Shown in pieces: positions 1 to 12,829 of a DNA stretch of 64,000 nt. The notes beneath the pieces are model-generated. The model searched no databases, had not been told where the DNA came from, and was given only the letters and a program-made list of their open reading frames with translations. Position numbers and translations under genes: made by a program. This stretch comes from Octopus vulgaris (lineage: Eukaryota): the NCBI GenBank assembly GCA_951406725.2, contig OX597828.1, positions 10,478,001 through 10,542,000 on the forward strand, written 5' to 3'. Position 1 is the first letter of the stretch. Each line of letters opens with the position of its first letter.

Positions 1-634
1 AGCTGACGGATATACCCGCGTACACGCGCATACAAGCACACACTAACAGCTTACACGTACCCGCGACCATGCATATGCACACCCTAGTAAGCAGCTTGCG
101 TGTACCCAACTCACCCTCACACACACACACACAGCAGATACTCATCCATACGTGTCAGACAGGCACATCCACGTGTTCATAGAGCGGGCAAACACAGGCG
201 CGACTTATTCACACACTCGTCCGCCAAAGATTCAACTGCATAAGTTCCTTCGAATACTATGCAGACACTGACACAGTACTAATTTCCTGTCCTGTCACGT
301 GGTCCAAGACATTCCGATTGCGAACTCTATTTTCATGGATGTGGCGTCAATGAAGTTTCCATATTATTTCCAACAAGATCATGTGTCCCGCCATGATCAA
401 TAATAGCTGCCCAGTTTCCAGTAGCCAAATTCGACATCTTATAACTCACAGTTCGGACACCTCAGGCAGGCGAGGTAGGTTCCTGTACTCTACGAAACTT
501 TATTTTGCTTCGGTCCGAATCAACCATGTTTCAATAATAGTACATGAAGATCTTACTAAATGTGTTGAGTGCCTTTTTGTTTCGGTATGTCCACTCACTT
601 GTATGTATATAAAAAGAATAAATAAATTTGATCC

Positions 635-866
635 CCAAAACTGTTTGAAGTCTGTCATTACCAATGAAAGAATAAATGAGAAGTCGGCCATCGAGAAAAT
701 TAAACTCAATACCAAAGTTTTTCTTCTCATTCGCTAAAACACCTAAGGTCACTATCTCATCAGTCGGACCTCCGATTGCTCAAGACAACATCTTCTATAG
801 TACAGCAGAAGACATGGTTGAGTTTCTGAAGAAACAATACTGCTCTGCTTTCAATAATCCCAGTTT
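635..866 (+). mobile_element. Short decayed fragment of a CR1-group LINE ORF2 (region upstream of RT)
   Basis: Across one frameshift it reads QNCLKSVITNERINEKSAIEKIKLNTKV/FFSFAKTPKVTISSVGPPIAQDNIFYSTAEDMVEFLKKQYCSAFNNP. This aligns by eye to [35 protein letters not shown]...IGPL...[15 protein letters not shown] of the LINE ORF at 40747-42675. Confidence 0.7.
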
Positions 867-938
867 TGTTAACATGACTGGTGGTATTAAATTAAACATA
901 GCCTTGGTCAACTTCGGCCAAAATTCATCTAAGTATCG

Positions 939-999
<61 letters not shown>

Positions 1000-1010
1000 G
1001 AGTGAGAGAG

Positions 1011-1740
1011 AGAAATAGCTAGTGTTGTGGCTGCTATTTCTAAATTTTCGGTATGCGGTGAAGCAAATAATTTTACTGAACCCTGATTATAATTATACTC
1101 ATAATTATAATAATTATTGTTTAAGTTTACCGATAATATTTCTTTTAACATGCCGAAGCTACTTGGTAGAATTATTAATAATTAATGGTTAATAGTTATT
1201 AATTAATTAATTAATTTTACCCTTTATTATTATTGATAATATAATTATCTCCCTGATAATAAACTACAGTTGTTTCTGTGGAATGTTTGCTCGAAAACAC
1301 ACGTGGGTAGGTGAGGAGGAGTATGAGATCTCATTCGTATGTTATGAATTCGTTGGTACTGGTCATTGGATGTTGTTTGTCTGATGTCGTTTTGAATTCA
1401 GATAGATATGTTCAATTTTTTTTCCGTGCTCTCAATTTTAAAATCCGGAAATACTATGCAGATAAGCGAGAATGATAGATTGGAAATGTGTTTTTTGCAT
1501 TTTTCATACCTACTTAACTCCAAAATTCGTCGACAGTTAATCAAATTGCCGGGTGAATTTAGTTGGGGTTTTTTTTCTTTGCCTATGTGAATTGTTTTTG
1601 AGTATATGTTATCTGGGAGATTCTCTTACGGTAGAGAAATAGCTAGTTGTTTGGGTGCTATTTCTAAGTTTTCGGTATGTGGTGAAGCAAATCTTTTTTG
1701 TTGAACCCTAATTATAATTTTACTCATAATTATAATAATT
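1011..1740 (-). mobile_element. Putative Penelope-like terminal (pLTR) segment with ~105-bp direct repeats, embedded in (TA)n
   Basis: 1011-1115 and 1635-1740 are imperfect direct repeats (agaaatagctag...gctatttctaa...gaaccct..ttataatt..actcataattataataatt). An inverted homologue lies at ~22140-22290. The PLE assignment is inferred from this architecture. Confidence 0.45.
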
Positions 1741-1807
1741 ACATATATATATATATATATGAGGAATGATCACTACGTGGACATTCATTATGCTAGAAAT
1801 AGATACG

Positions 1808-1919
<112 letters not shown>

Positions 1920-2000
1920 TATATGGATCAAAACAGTTTGAGCCATATATGTAACTCCCAATGTGTTGAGTGTCCTTTTGTTTGTCTACTCACACATATA

Positions 2001-2395
2001 TCTTTATATATAAAAGTGAGGTTGTGTGCTGTCTGTCTCCTACGATTTAGATTCCTAACTACTCCCACATTTTGCGGTGCAGTTTAACCAAAACCGGGTA
2101 TCTTATAGTCGTGATTCATATCGAGCCCTTCTGGGTATTAGCGTGCGTCTACGATGAGTCTACGATTTTAAAAATAATTTACCATCAATTTTTCCCATTT
2201 TTAATTCCTTTTTGGCATATATAAGGTAAGTAACCCTCTAAAAATTTATTATTAAATCTCAGAACGTAAAAAGCTACAGTAACATCCCCCTTTGTGGTTA
2301 GCCATATTGAGATGGCTATTATACTTTACATCTCTAAAAATGCTTATATAGTTATTTCCCTTACAAACCCGAGCAACGCCGGGCGATACTGCTAG
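2001..2395 (+). mobile_element. Non-autonomous Helitron (~395 bp)
   Basis: Starts TC after an A, ends CTAG before a T, and has a GC-rich hairpin cccgagcaacgccggg (2368-2383) 8 nt before the CTAG. These are canonical Helitron termini with an A|T insertion site. Confidence 0.8.
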
Positions 2396-2409
2396 TATAA
2401 TATAAAGAA

Positions 2410-2700
2410 AAAACAGGAAAAAAACACCAGAATAGAAAAGTTTCTATGTCGTGTATGTATCAGAGAATCATTAGGATTGAAAGAAAGAGGGGTTGTGACG
2501 TTTCCAATATGCTCTTCGTCAGAAAGGGGAAAGAAGAAAAAGATCGGAGCGAGAGAAAAGAGAATCCGAGTAACGCATGAGTTTCACCGCATGGTTGAGT
2601 GAACAAGCGAATGGAAACAGATCTGAAACCATAGAGTTGGTGTAGCATTTCTTGTGTAAAAGTTAGATTCAGGTCATGGTATTTAGGGTTTTGTGTGTTA
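2410..2700 (-). mobile_element. Penelope-like 3' region with a degenerate hammerhead relic
   Basis: The minus strand at ~2494-2525 reads CUGACGA-agagcauauug-GAAAC-GUC. The core motifs are present but helices I and II have decayed. Confidence 0.4.
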
Positions 2701-3154
2701 TTGTTCTAGAAATTCCAATATATGAGCTTGTATGTGTGAATGTGTTTGTGTGTGTGCATGAGAGTGCATTTTTTTGTGAATATGTATATAGAATGTGGAA
2801 AGAACTATGTATTTCATGTTAGTATTATCTTTTGTTAAATATGGTAAGTATTGAAATCGCTGACGTATACCAGACTAAAATATATCCAGAGGATATTCCG
2901 ATTAACAAAACTTTGAAGGCAGTGCCCAGTCGTTGCAGTGTTGTAATGTGAATTCAGCAAAAGATGAAAGAAATATACATGTGTATATATGTGTGTGTGT
3001 GTGTGTGTGTCTGTGTGTGTGTGTGTGTTTGTGAGCGTGTGTGTGTATGTATGTATGTATATATGCGTCTGTGATTATATTTTTATACGTGTGTCTGTGT
3101 ATTTGAGCTCGTACGTGTGTGTGAATACAGTCACATATACCCACGCGTATATAT

Positions 3155-3230
<76 letters not shown>

Positions 3231-4005
3231 AAAGGGCTTAGTAAAATAAATTACTTTGCCGCATATATATATATATATATATGTGTGTGTATGTATGTAT
3301 GAATATAATGTGTGTGTGTATTGCTATGAATGAGAGCTGAAGTTGAAATGGAAGCATATATTTTCCAGAGTAATTGATTTACAAATATCTCAACAGATAT
3401 TAAATCCCAGGAATACGTATATACAATATTCCAAAATTAATATCTACTAAACACTTGAAATATCGCTTCGCCTAACAAATGGAAAACTATACGCAAGCCA
3501 TACTTTTATGAACTCCCAATAGTACATTTTGCTCCTTCTATCGTTAGATACGTTATAAGCTATGTATAATATCAGTGTTTCTACTCTAAACAATATATTC
3601 TGTAGAGAGTGGATGGTATAGTGCACTGGTTCCCTATACCTTTTGATTGGTGAGCCGAGTGATATTTCAGGTGTTTAATGGATATTATATTTTGAGATAT
3701 ACAGAGACACACACAGACACCCTCCAAACTCACGTATACTATATATATATAAGAGACGTAATGTGTGTATGTTTTATCATTCTTATACAAAAACAACGAT
3801 TAAATTCCCGTGGGATGTATTTCTGCTACGGACATGGAGCACGTTTGAGGGCATCGCAGAATTTCAAAGTCTTGCAAGAGATATAAATAAAAGTAGTACA
3901 AAATACTTTGATGGTAATATATTTGATATAATCTAAATGGACTTAATTTCTAAGTATTTTCACACTCTCTCAATGGTTTCTTTCTGTTCTCTGATGTTCA
4001 TATTT

Positions 4006-4042
<37 letters not shown>

Positions 4043-4291
4043 GATGCACGCGCACGTACGCAAGCACACACACATATACATACACACACACTCACGCGCA
4101 TACACAAACACGCCAACACACACACACATGCATGCACGCCCAGATGCAGGCATGCACGCACGCACGCAATCACACACACAGAGCCACTCATAAACACACT
4201 CATAACAGAAAGGCGGAATCTACTGAAATTTTGTCACTAAACCAGTGAATGTAGTGGGTGGGTAACTCTTATATGCCAACGCCAATTACGA

Positions 4292-4428
4292 ATCGGTACC
4301 TGTTTAATCGACCCTTAACAGATGAATAGCAAAGTTGACGTCGTCGAAATTTGAACTCAGAACGGAAGGCTCTGAAAGACATGCTGTGAAGCATTTTGTG
4401 AGAGACGCTACCGATTCTGCCACTTCGC
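4292..4428 (-). mobile_element. tRNA-derived SINE type A, partial and decayed
   Basis: Reverse-complement match to 14029-14265 (aaagttgacgtcgtcgaaatttgaactcagaacg...ttctgcc). Confidence 0.7.
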
Positions 4429-4801
4429 AATCCCGGAAGAGTTGAATTGCTCTACTGACACGTGTGAGATGTGAGACTTAATGAAGTATGGGAAAACTGA
4501 AATCTTTGAAATTGGTAAATGTAACATAACCTTTTATTCAAGAGATTTATGAATTATGTGTTGCCCAACGGTGATAAAGATTGATCAAAAATCTATTTTC
4601 AATGTTTGGCTTAGTCACTTCCTCCTTTTTATTTTTTTTGGCAGGATCTATACTCCTCGCCAACTGAAGATAATATAATTCTTTACAAAATATACAAAGT
4701 ATCATGTGTTACATTACATGCAACCCATAAAATTTGAGGAATGACCAAAAACTATTTACTCATAACGTCAATTATATGCTTCATTATATTTAGTATGTGG
4801 A

Positions 4802-5032
4802 AGGCGGCGGGCTGGCAGAAACGTTAGCACGACGGGCGAAATGCGTAGCCGTATTTCGTCTGCCGTTACGTTCTGAGTTCAAATTCCGCAGAGGTCGACT
4901 TTGCCATTCATGCTTTCGGGGTCGATAAATTAAGTACCAGTTACGCACTGGGGTCGATATAATCGACTTAATCCGTTTGCCTGTTCTTGTTTGACTCCTC
5001 TGTGTTCAGCCCCTTGTGGGTAGTAAAGCAAT
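4802..5032 (+). mobile_element. tRNA-derived SINE type A, full length
   Basis: A-box-like TGGCAGAAACG, B-box-like GAGTTCAAATTCC, central gtcgactttgcc..tcat..tttcggggtcgataaa..agtaccag. Highly similar to 14029-14265. Confidence 0.9.
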
Positions 5033-5127
5033 ATATATTTAGTATGAGGAGCACAATTTAAGATTCACATATTCAGGAGGATTTTCGTATTGATAATTCA
5101 GTAAAACCAAGCTATATTTATTATAAG

Positions 5128-5375
5128 TGGAGGCACATGGCTTAGTGGTTAGGGTATTGAACTCATGATCGTAAGGTTGTGGTTTCGATTCCTGGACCGG
5201 GCGACGCGTTGTAGTCTTCAGCAAAACACTTCATTTCACGTTGCTCCAGTCCACTCAGTTGGCAAAAATTAGTAACGCTGCGATTGACTGGTGTCCTGTC
5301 CAGCTGGGGAACACATACGCCATAGAAATCAGGAAACCGGGGCCATGAGCCTGGCTAGGCTTTAAAAAGGCGCGT
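5128..5375 (+). mobile_element. tRNA-derived SINE type C with Meta-like central domain
   Basis: tRNA head (TGGCTTAGTGGTT...GTTTCGATTCC), followed by ctgcgattgactggtgtcctgtccagctgggg...ggaaaccgg, which resembles the Meta-SINE domain as I recall it. Homologue at 31782-32070. Confidence 0.75.
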
Positions 5376-6044
5376 TTTTTAAATATTTATTATAATACGC
5401 CTTTAAACACACTGACTATTTTGATGGTGGGAAAATACGATCAACTGAAGGATATACTTAGATCACAGAGTTATATTTATGGAAAGTAATTACGCACGGG
5501 ATTACGTATGATATAGCAACTAATATTGGTGTATTGCTTGATTTTTATCTATGTGAGGTTGATTTGATGGTGCTCTAGCATGATTATTGCTACATTTGTA
5601 ACAGCACTAATTCCACAGTTGATGATTTATGAATGAGGCATTTTGATACAGCTGCATTCATTTATGATTCAAGGCTTATGGAGTTTATTGGAATATTTAC
5701 TGTTGGTATATTTGGTCCATGTTTTCCACGTCGTCACATTACATGAAGTTTGAATATGGTTTACGGCTTACTGTAGACATCACGAACGGGAAAATACACA
5801 TTTTTTTCTTTCTGCTTGTGCCAACGAACTAGAGACTTAAGGATAAATGTATTTAAAATGTTACCCTTTGATTGTTCGACCATATTCCATGCAATGAGAA
5901 TTTAATGTCTTCCTTCAACCTGCCAAATACTTTGGCATTAGGATTAATATTTTAAAAGAATTCTTTATTATTATAGAAGAAATCATTACTGTTATAATAG
6001 ATATCATTATTATTATAAAATATGAATAGTTGGTGGGGGGGAGG

Positions 6045-6248
6045 TGGTGAGGCGGCAGAATCGTTAGCACGCTGGACAAAGTGCTTAGCGGCATTTAGTC
6101 TGTCTTTGCGGTCTAACTTCTATCGACTTTGACTTTGACTTATATCTTTTCGGAGGTTGATAAAATATATATTAGGGAAGTACTGCGGTCGATCTAATCG
6201 GCTTTTCCGTCCCGTGAAAAGCTGCTGGAACTGTGCCAAATCTGAAAC

Positions 6249-6304
<56 letters not shown>

Positions 6305-6509
6305 GAGCTGGCAGAATCGTTAGCACGCTGGAGAAAATGCTTAGTGTCATTTCATCCATTCTGAGTTCTGAGTTCAAATTCTAGCGACGTCGGCTTTGTC
6401 TTTCATCCTTTCAATTGTCGATAGATTAAAGACCAGTGAAACACTAGGGTCCATGTAATCGATTAGTCCCCTCCCCGCAAAATTCAGGCCTTGTGCCTTT
6501 AAAAGAAAC

Positions 6510-6510
<1 letters not shown>
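6045..6510 (+). mobile_element. Two tandem SINE type A copies (ATT-tailed variant)
   Basis: Heads gcagaatcgttagcacgctgg at ~6054 and ~6311. Tails ...tgtgcc...aaacc are followed by (ATT)n. Confidence 0.75.
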
Positions 6511-6551
<41 letters not shown>

Positions 6552-6611
6552 GTTGTTGGTAAGTCGGCGATCCGACACCCTCGTTACATTTATGTTTTTA
6601 TTGTCCGCAGA

Positions 6612-6820
6612 GTGCTAAACTTACAGGTGACAAACAAAGGACAGATAAAGGGATTAAGTCGATTACTTCGACCCCAGTGCGCAACTGGTACTTATTTAAT
6701 CTACCCCGAAAGGATTAAAGGCAAAGTCTACCTCGATGGAATTTGAACGCAGAACGTAACGGCAAACGAAATACCGTAAGCATTTCGCCCGGCGTGCTAC
6801 CGTTTCTGCCAACTCGCCTT
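6612..6820 (-). mobile_element. SINE type A
   Basis: Reverse complement of type A (acaaacaaaggacaga...gattaagtcgatt...gtttctgccaactcgcc). Confidence 0.85.
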
Positions 6821-6829
6821 CGTTACATT

Positions 6830-7200
6830 TCTGTCGAATTCGAAATGTCCGCCGACATCTACTTTGCCTTTCATCCTTCTCAGATCAACGAAATAGGTAG
6901 TAGTCTAATACTGGGTACGATGTAAAGAATTAGCCACCATGTTTCAGCTTTTATGCCAGTAGTGGAAAGGATTATCGGTGTGTTGCTGAAGTTTTCGTAA
7001 GGTTGCGAGCTGGCAAATATTGCAACGCATCGGATGAAATGCTTAACGGAATTCCAGCACTTGACGTTCTGAGTTGAAATTCAACCGATTTCGACTTAAT
7101 CTTTTCGCGGACGATAAAATAGGCATTTGCTAATTGCGACTGGAGTGATCAAGACCCTTCCTCCTAAGCTTGCTGGCCTTGTCTGAATATTTCAAACCTT
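6830..7200 (+). mobile_element. Two decayed SINE type A copies
   Basis: actttgcctttcatcctt at ~6861; gcgagctggc...gttctgagttgaaattc at ~7006-7080; ggccttgt tail. Confidence 0.6.
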
Positions 7201-7269
7201 TATTATTATTGTTGTTCTGAAGGCTGCGAGCTGGAGGAGTACCTCCCTAAGAAGCGTACCTCCCTAAAA

Positions 7270-8220
7270 TTGTATCGTCAGCATCTACGTACGAAAAACT
7301 GATTGAAACAGATGTTGCTAAAACTAGAAGGCGCAACAAGTAATGCAATGTTGGATTTGAAACAAAAACTATTTTGTGCTCAGCGACGAAAGGAATCTCT
7401 CTACGACTAGAAACATCCGAAAAGACACTGAAACTGTAAGGGAATTAAAGAACATATCAACAAAACGAAAGAATTACAGAACCAATTTAGGCAAGAAACA
7501 GAGGATGTCGACAGTAAAGGACGTTGCTTGGGGCCAACATTTAGATATATGAGGCGGAAAAGTGAATCGCTAATTATAACTTCTCAGTAACATCTAATTC
7601 AGAATCAATGAAGATAAAATTTTATAAAAGTCAGTCAAAGAGTAAGGGCTGATTGTATAGCAAAAGCGGGGCAATTATTAATCATCTTATAAGTGAATTC
7701 AATAAGCTAGAGCAAAATGAGTACAAGTGTAGGCCTGAGTATCTTTGTAAAAATGTATTGATATTAGTCAAGTTTATGAAGGCGAAGTGACAGAAAAAAT
7801 AAATGAATACGATCCAGAAACTGCGTTGGTGTATGATAATTACAGGATTTTGTAGAATTTTCCCCCAAAACACTGACAATACTATAGAATTAAGGAAACG
7901 AGAAGTAGAGGAGCAAGGAAATTAACGAACTGTGTAATATCAAAGGATGTCAAAGATTTTTGAGAACATTGAGAAGTATCAGCACCTAACCACAGAAAAG
8001 GAGTAATTTGTGGAGGACAAAAGTGACAATTGTTCTTGTGATAATTGATGCACTTAGCACAACACCCAAGTTGCTACTTAAGGGATTGAAGTATATTAAA
8101 ATTGAAGCAGGCAATGTCAACATGCAGAAAATTGCCATTCTGTATTCTTCCAGAATACTAAGAACGGTTCTTGAGATTCAAGGAGACATGTTGCCACAAA
8201 CTTCAGGTTAACATTTCTGT
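7270..8220 (+). mobile_element. Decayed R4/Dong-type (RLE) non-LTR retrotransposon, C-terminal part
   Basis: The end reads EKYQHL...LWRTKVTIVLVIIDALSTTPKLLLKGLKYI...MQKIAILYSSRILRTVL. This matches the R4/Dong C-terminal pattern EK..KY..L..E...LW...V.P.V.GALG...LQK..LL.TA.ILR. Upstream there are remnants of the ESLII.SQ and HL.SE..KL...EY..R motifs. Many stops and frameshifts. Confidence 0.7.
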
Positions 8221-8807
8221 AAATTAAATTAGCATGTAGTAGCTTTTGAGTAACAATGAATGCAATGATATGAATGAGAAAACTGAAGGTCTATATAGGT
8301 ATAATTTTTTTTTTAATAAACACTACCCAAAAGAAATTTTTACTTCGATCGCAAAGATTGTTTCATTCAATTCGAAAATGTATACAAATGAGTAATATAT
8401 ATTCTGCATGGTTAAAAAAAGAGGATACATATTTGTTTTGAAACCCCAACCATACGCTCTAAATACTTAGATAAATTTAGTATGGATATCTAAAGAAACT
8501 GCTGTTAAAATAAAATACAAGTTGATTAAAAAACAAAATCGAACATATCGGACGCGGAATATTATATCTCAACATAATTTGCAACTATTTCGTTGTCAAT
8601 ATTCCTCTTATTGCGGACAACAATTGTAACTGTTATTGAAGACAGGTCAATTGTTTCATTCTATTCTTTGTGTCAGTCATTGAACTCTGCTGAGACACCA
8701 CCTAGTAGACATTAGTCAATGAAATCAATTCCGGTATTTGTATTTTTTTTCAATATGGTATTAATTCTTTCTTTCTCTGCATGTGAGAGTATTCATCACA
8801 TATTGTA

Positions 8808-9157
8808 TAGGCACATGGCTGTTTCTAAGCCACATGGCTCTGGGTTTAGTCCGCTGCGTGGCACCTGGGGCGAGAGCCTTCTCCTATAGCCTCCAGGCGA
8901 GTGCGTGTGTATGTGTGTGTGTGCGTGTGTGCGTGTATATGTGTATGTATGTTAGTCATTGCATCTGTGTTTTACTCCCTCCACCACTCGAAACCATTGT
9001 TGGGTTGCATAAATCCTGGGTCTAGCGGTTCGGCGAAAGAGACCAATAGAATAAACATTAGGCTTTAAAAATTGTTTACATTGATTTATACGTCTAAAAG
9101 TTCTTTAAGACGGTGTCGTATAATGCCGGTAATCTAATCCATGAAGCAAGTAAAAGA
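8808..9157 (+). mobile_element. SINE type B, decayed
   Basis: cacatggctctgggtttagtccgctgcgtggcacc, an internal TG repeat, and agcggttcggcgaaagagaccaatagaataa. Confidence 0.7.
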
Positions 9158-9159
9158 CA

Positions 9160-9240
<81 letters not shown>

Positions 9241-9325
9241 TGTGTGTGTATTTGTTGTGTACGTGTATATGTATATATGCATATGCATATATATATGTGT
9301 GTGTTTGTGTGTGTATGTATGTATG

Positions 9326-9388
<63 letters not shown>

Positions 9389-9489
9389 TTAATAAAAGGC
9401 TTCCAAATAAGGAAGCGTAGTGCTAGAAACACAACAGGATAAATTCATGAAAGGAAAGAAAATTAAAAACATTTACCATCTCAGCCATA

Positions 9490-9565
9490 TCCCAGACCGA
9501 ACGGTTTCTACCTATTTTTAGCAAACACACAGAATATATTTGCCAGGCAAGGTTCTTCAGTGGGA
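9490..9565 (-). ncRNA. Type-I hammerhead ribozyme candidate (long helix II)
   Basis: Minus strand: UCCCA-CUGAAGA-[ACCU...UGGCAAAUAUAU ucu GUGUGUUUGCUA...AGGU]-A-GAAA-CC guuc GG-UC-UGGGA. It has a 5-bp helix I, a helix III with tetraloop and a GUC triplet, with one extra A before GAAA. Confidence 0.6.
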
Positions 9566-9658
9566 GGCCTTCGTAATCCTAGACGCACATACTGTTAGAA
9601 GCACATGTAGATCTAACTGTTTGTATATCCTAACTTTTCAAACCTCTGCGCAGACGCA

Positions 9659-9735
<77 letters not shown>

Positions 9736-9929
9736 GTTTTATCTCCCACCTGCAATTAATATCGGGGGTGCGAAGCGCACTGAAAAAACAAGCTGGAAGA
9801 GATGTCCTTCTGGAGGTTAAGTGGCAGTATCAACGTCTCATCGAAGACAACCACATCAAAGTGCCGATAAGCAATACTCTGTTCCTGGAGATCGCTCTTA
9901 AAGAGAAAACTTGTAAAGCAGAGCAATAA

Positions 9930-10400
9930 TTTCTCATCGTAGCACTGTAATAAATCGTAATTCGTTCTCAGAAAAATATTTATCAATAAATTTTATAATA
10001 TTTATACATAAATGATAATAGAACAATAGTAGAATGTAAAGAATATTTTATGTAAAATAAAAAGCATGTCAAGACTATTTGTAATAAAGAAGTATTATTA
10101 TGATCGTTTTCTGAATCACTTTCACTAGTCTTGTGCAAACCATCGCTTGTAGACGCAATCACCGATTCACAAGCACTCGTAGACGGACTTGAAAATTTCT
10201 TTTTAAGAAACAAATCTTGAGTTGTTTGCCGAGAAGAAGCTTTTTTCGCTCTCTATAAATTCTCTGCAACACGTAGCGGCATTTGCTATGGTAGAAAAGA
10301 CTTTGGCACCTCGTTGGAAATGTGCATCTTGTGCTTGAAAATTGAATTTTCTAAAGCCGGCGTCTCGTAAAGCGTGTCCTCGTAAACTGAGGCATTACTG
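9930..10400 (-). mobile_element. Tigger/pogo-like DNA transposon remnant
   Basis: The minus strand begins cagtaatgcctcagtttacgag (Tigger-type TIR). It encodes [40 protein letters not shown], resembling the Tigger transposase C-terminus (ERS.KV...NA..CY.E...EKK...QT.LD.F.K). Confidence 0.6.
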
Positions 10401-10443
10401 TGTATACCCACGCACAAACACACACACACAAACACACAAACAC

Positions 10444-10517
<74 letters not shown>

Positions 10518-12829
10518 GTATGTAATTGGATGCGATGCGCTCGTACCCCGTTTCCGGAGGTACCAAATTAATGGACAAGTCTCGTGAGTTACATAGAATT
10601 TGAAAAAAGTTTCTGAGTAGCGGGATTCAATGTGAAAGCTTGAATTTACCAAGTGACTTCGCCACGCCTGCGCCTTAATGGAAATGTTCACTATTACATG
10701 TAATAGTCCGTGTATGCTCGGCATTTGCATCTGACTTAATATTGATTCTTCATTCCCTCGAACTAAAATTGAATGCAAATTCGCATCTTTTAGTGTTACC
10801 CCGAATAATAAAATAAGTCTTTCAATTACCTTCGAATCATGCAACCAGGTAAAAAAAAAGTGTAAAGAAAATTATAAAAGAGTTTGACTCTTTCCTGGGT
10901 ATTGCTTTCAAAAGTTTCTTCCATGTGTAATAGTAAAACTTAAAATACAATCTGCATACATCAGGTATCGCTAAGGGCAAAAATTTTTCTAAAAATCATT
11001 ATTTAGTGTATAGAATATATACATGTATGTTAATATACTATAGGGAAGATATACTAAAAATAAAAAAAAAAAAAAAAATAAAATTCTATCAGTTAGTAGG
11101 TGTATCATAATTACACGTGTAAGTGAAAAAAAAAAGTTGAAATCAATACATAAAGACCAAAAAGTTATTTTTAATGCCATATCAACTTTCGTATTCCTCC
11201 AAGCAAGTTATTAAACCGTGAACAATACTCACAGACACTTAAATACAAGCTTCGGGCAAAAGCTGGCATCGAGAGAGAAATTAGTCGCCATTTAAGAATG
11301 AGCAATTTTCAATAATGAAACTGTCTGAAACCATTATGTCTTGATAACTAAAATGAAACAAAAGTTTTAAATTTTGTGAATATTACACAATAAATATCGA
11401 TTTCTTTGTTAAACATATGATCAGATTTGTAAAGAGAGGATATGATGTACTTTGAAATGATTCTGTATTTTAACGCCCTTCCGAGCATGAATTCTGTCAA
11501 GAGAACTATATTCGCATGCGAATAGAATTCCCTATAGACTATCCATTTCCGTTTGCATTATAAGATAAAGTATATGATATCGAAGTGAGATGAATATAGC
11601 ACGAAGATGGATGTGAACTTAGACAGCAAATAGCGAAAAATCTGAGGGAATGTTTCGTCGACCCCCAAAAAAAATTTTATTGCACTAATTCATTATTTTT
11701 TCTGTGAATTTTATCTTAGAATCAGAGTATTAATTGTCGTTGTGTTTTAGCCCTAAATTATATAGACAAAGCATTCCATGGACAAAAAGCGTTCTAGCTA
11801 TCATTTCATTCACAGTGTAAGCAGTACTATATTATCTAATGTATATTCGCATACATTTATGTAGTATGTAATAAGTGTTTGAATGGATAATGATTTCTAA
11901 CATTAACATGCAATATGGAGGCTCCTATCTGGCAGCTTTTGCTGAAACAAATAGTTGAAATTAATATGGTATAACTGAAGATTAAAATTGTTTGAAGTGT
12001 TATTTTTTTACTACGTTATTGAACTGAGTAAAATCGATTCCGTTGCTTAAATAAGTTTGGTACTGACATTCCTGATCTACTTTGAATGACTAAATCACCA
12101 TTTTTGTCATAAGCAGACGCAGTAATTGATACCACAAGGAGCAAATGAATGGTCAAAGAAAGGAAGAGGGGATTTTATAATAGAAAGGAAAATAGCATAT
12201 ATCTAAAAAAGATCGGGAACCGTACCTTCAGAGTATTCTACAATCAGAAAGTATATTGGAATATTTAAAAACACACAACGAGTTTTTTTAGGAAATAGGT
12301 GTACGGAGTGGAAATATTTAGAAACATAGAGATCGATAAAGTAATTTCCAAACTGAAATAAGCACTTGGCATTCATATTGACGATCTTAAATTCTCGAAG
12401 TTGGTTCCACTTAAAAGGTCATCTGAGTAAGATGTTTAATGAATGAGGGTGCACAAAGATAAAACTGGTTGTTGGTAATATGAATGCAAGTAAACTTGAA
12501 CTAAAGGAACAAAAAGAATGGTCGCAATTATAACACATAATGGAAATAAAAAAATACATAGACAAGAAGCCCCATCGTCAGATTTGTTGCTGGTTTTTCA
12601 GCTGTACAACTCGTAATCTACATTAAAACTAAAAACTACTATTTGTTTTTTAGTCACACAAGAGATAACAATTGTACACTCCACGTTAGTTATATAAGTA
12701 TGTATTTGTATATGTGTATGTGTGTCTAGGCGTGTGTGTTTGTTGGTATCTATGTTTGTGCATATCTGTGTAATTACTGATTTTACGGGTTTCGACACCG
12801 AACAACAGCTATAAGAGATTGATAACGAC

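Noticed and set aside
500-730. IIETWL resembling an APE endonuclease motif
   Set aside because: A stop follows within 8 codons and no other endonuclease motifs are present.
635-866. Apparent shared 5' truncation point among three CR1 copies
   Set aside because: Boundary recognition is biased because the only reference is the truncated young copy.
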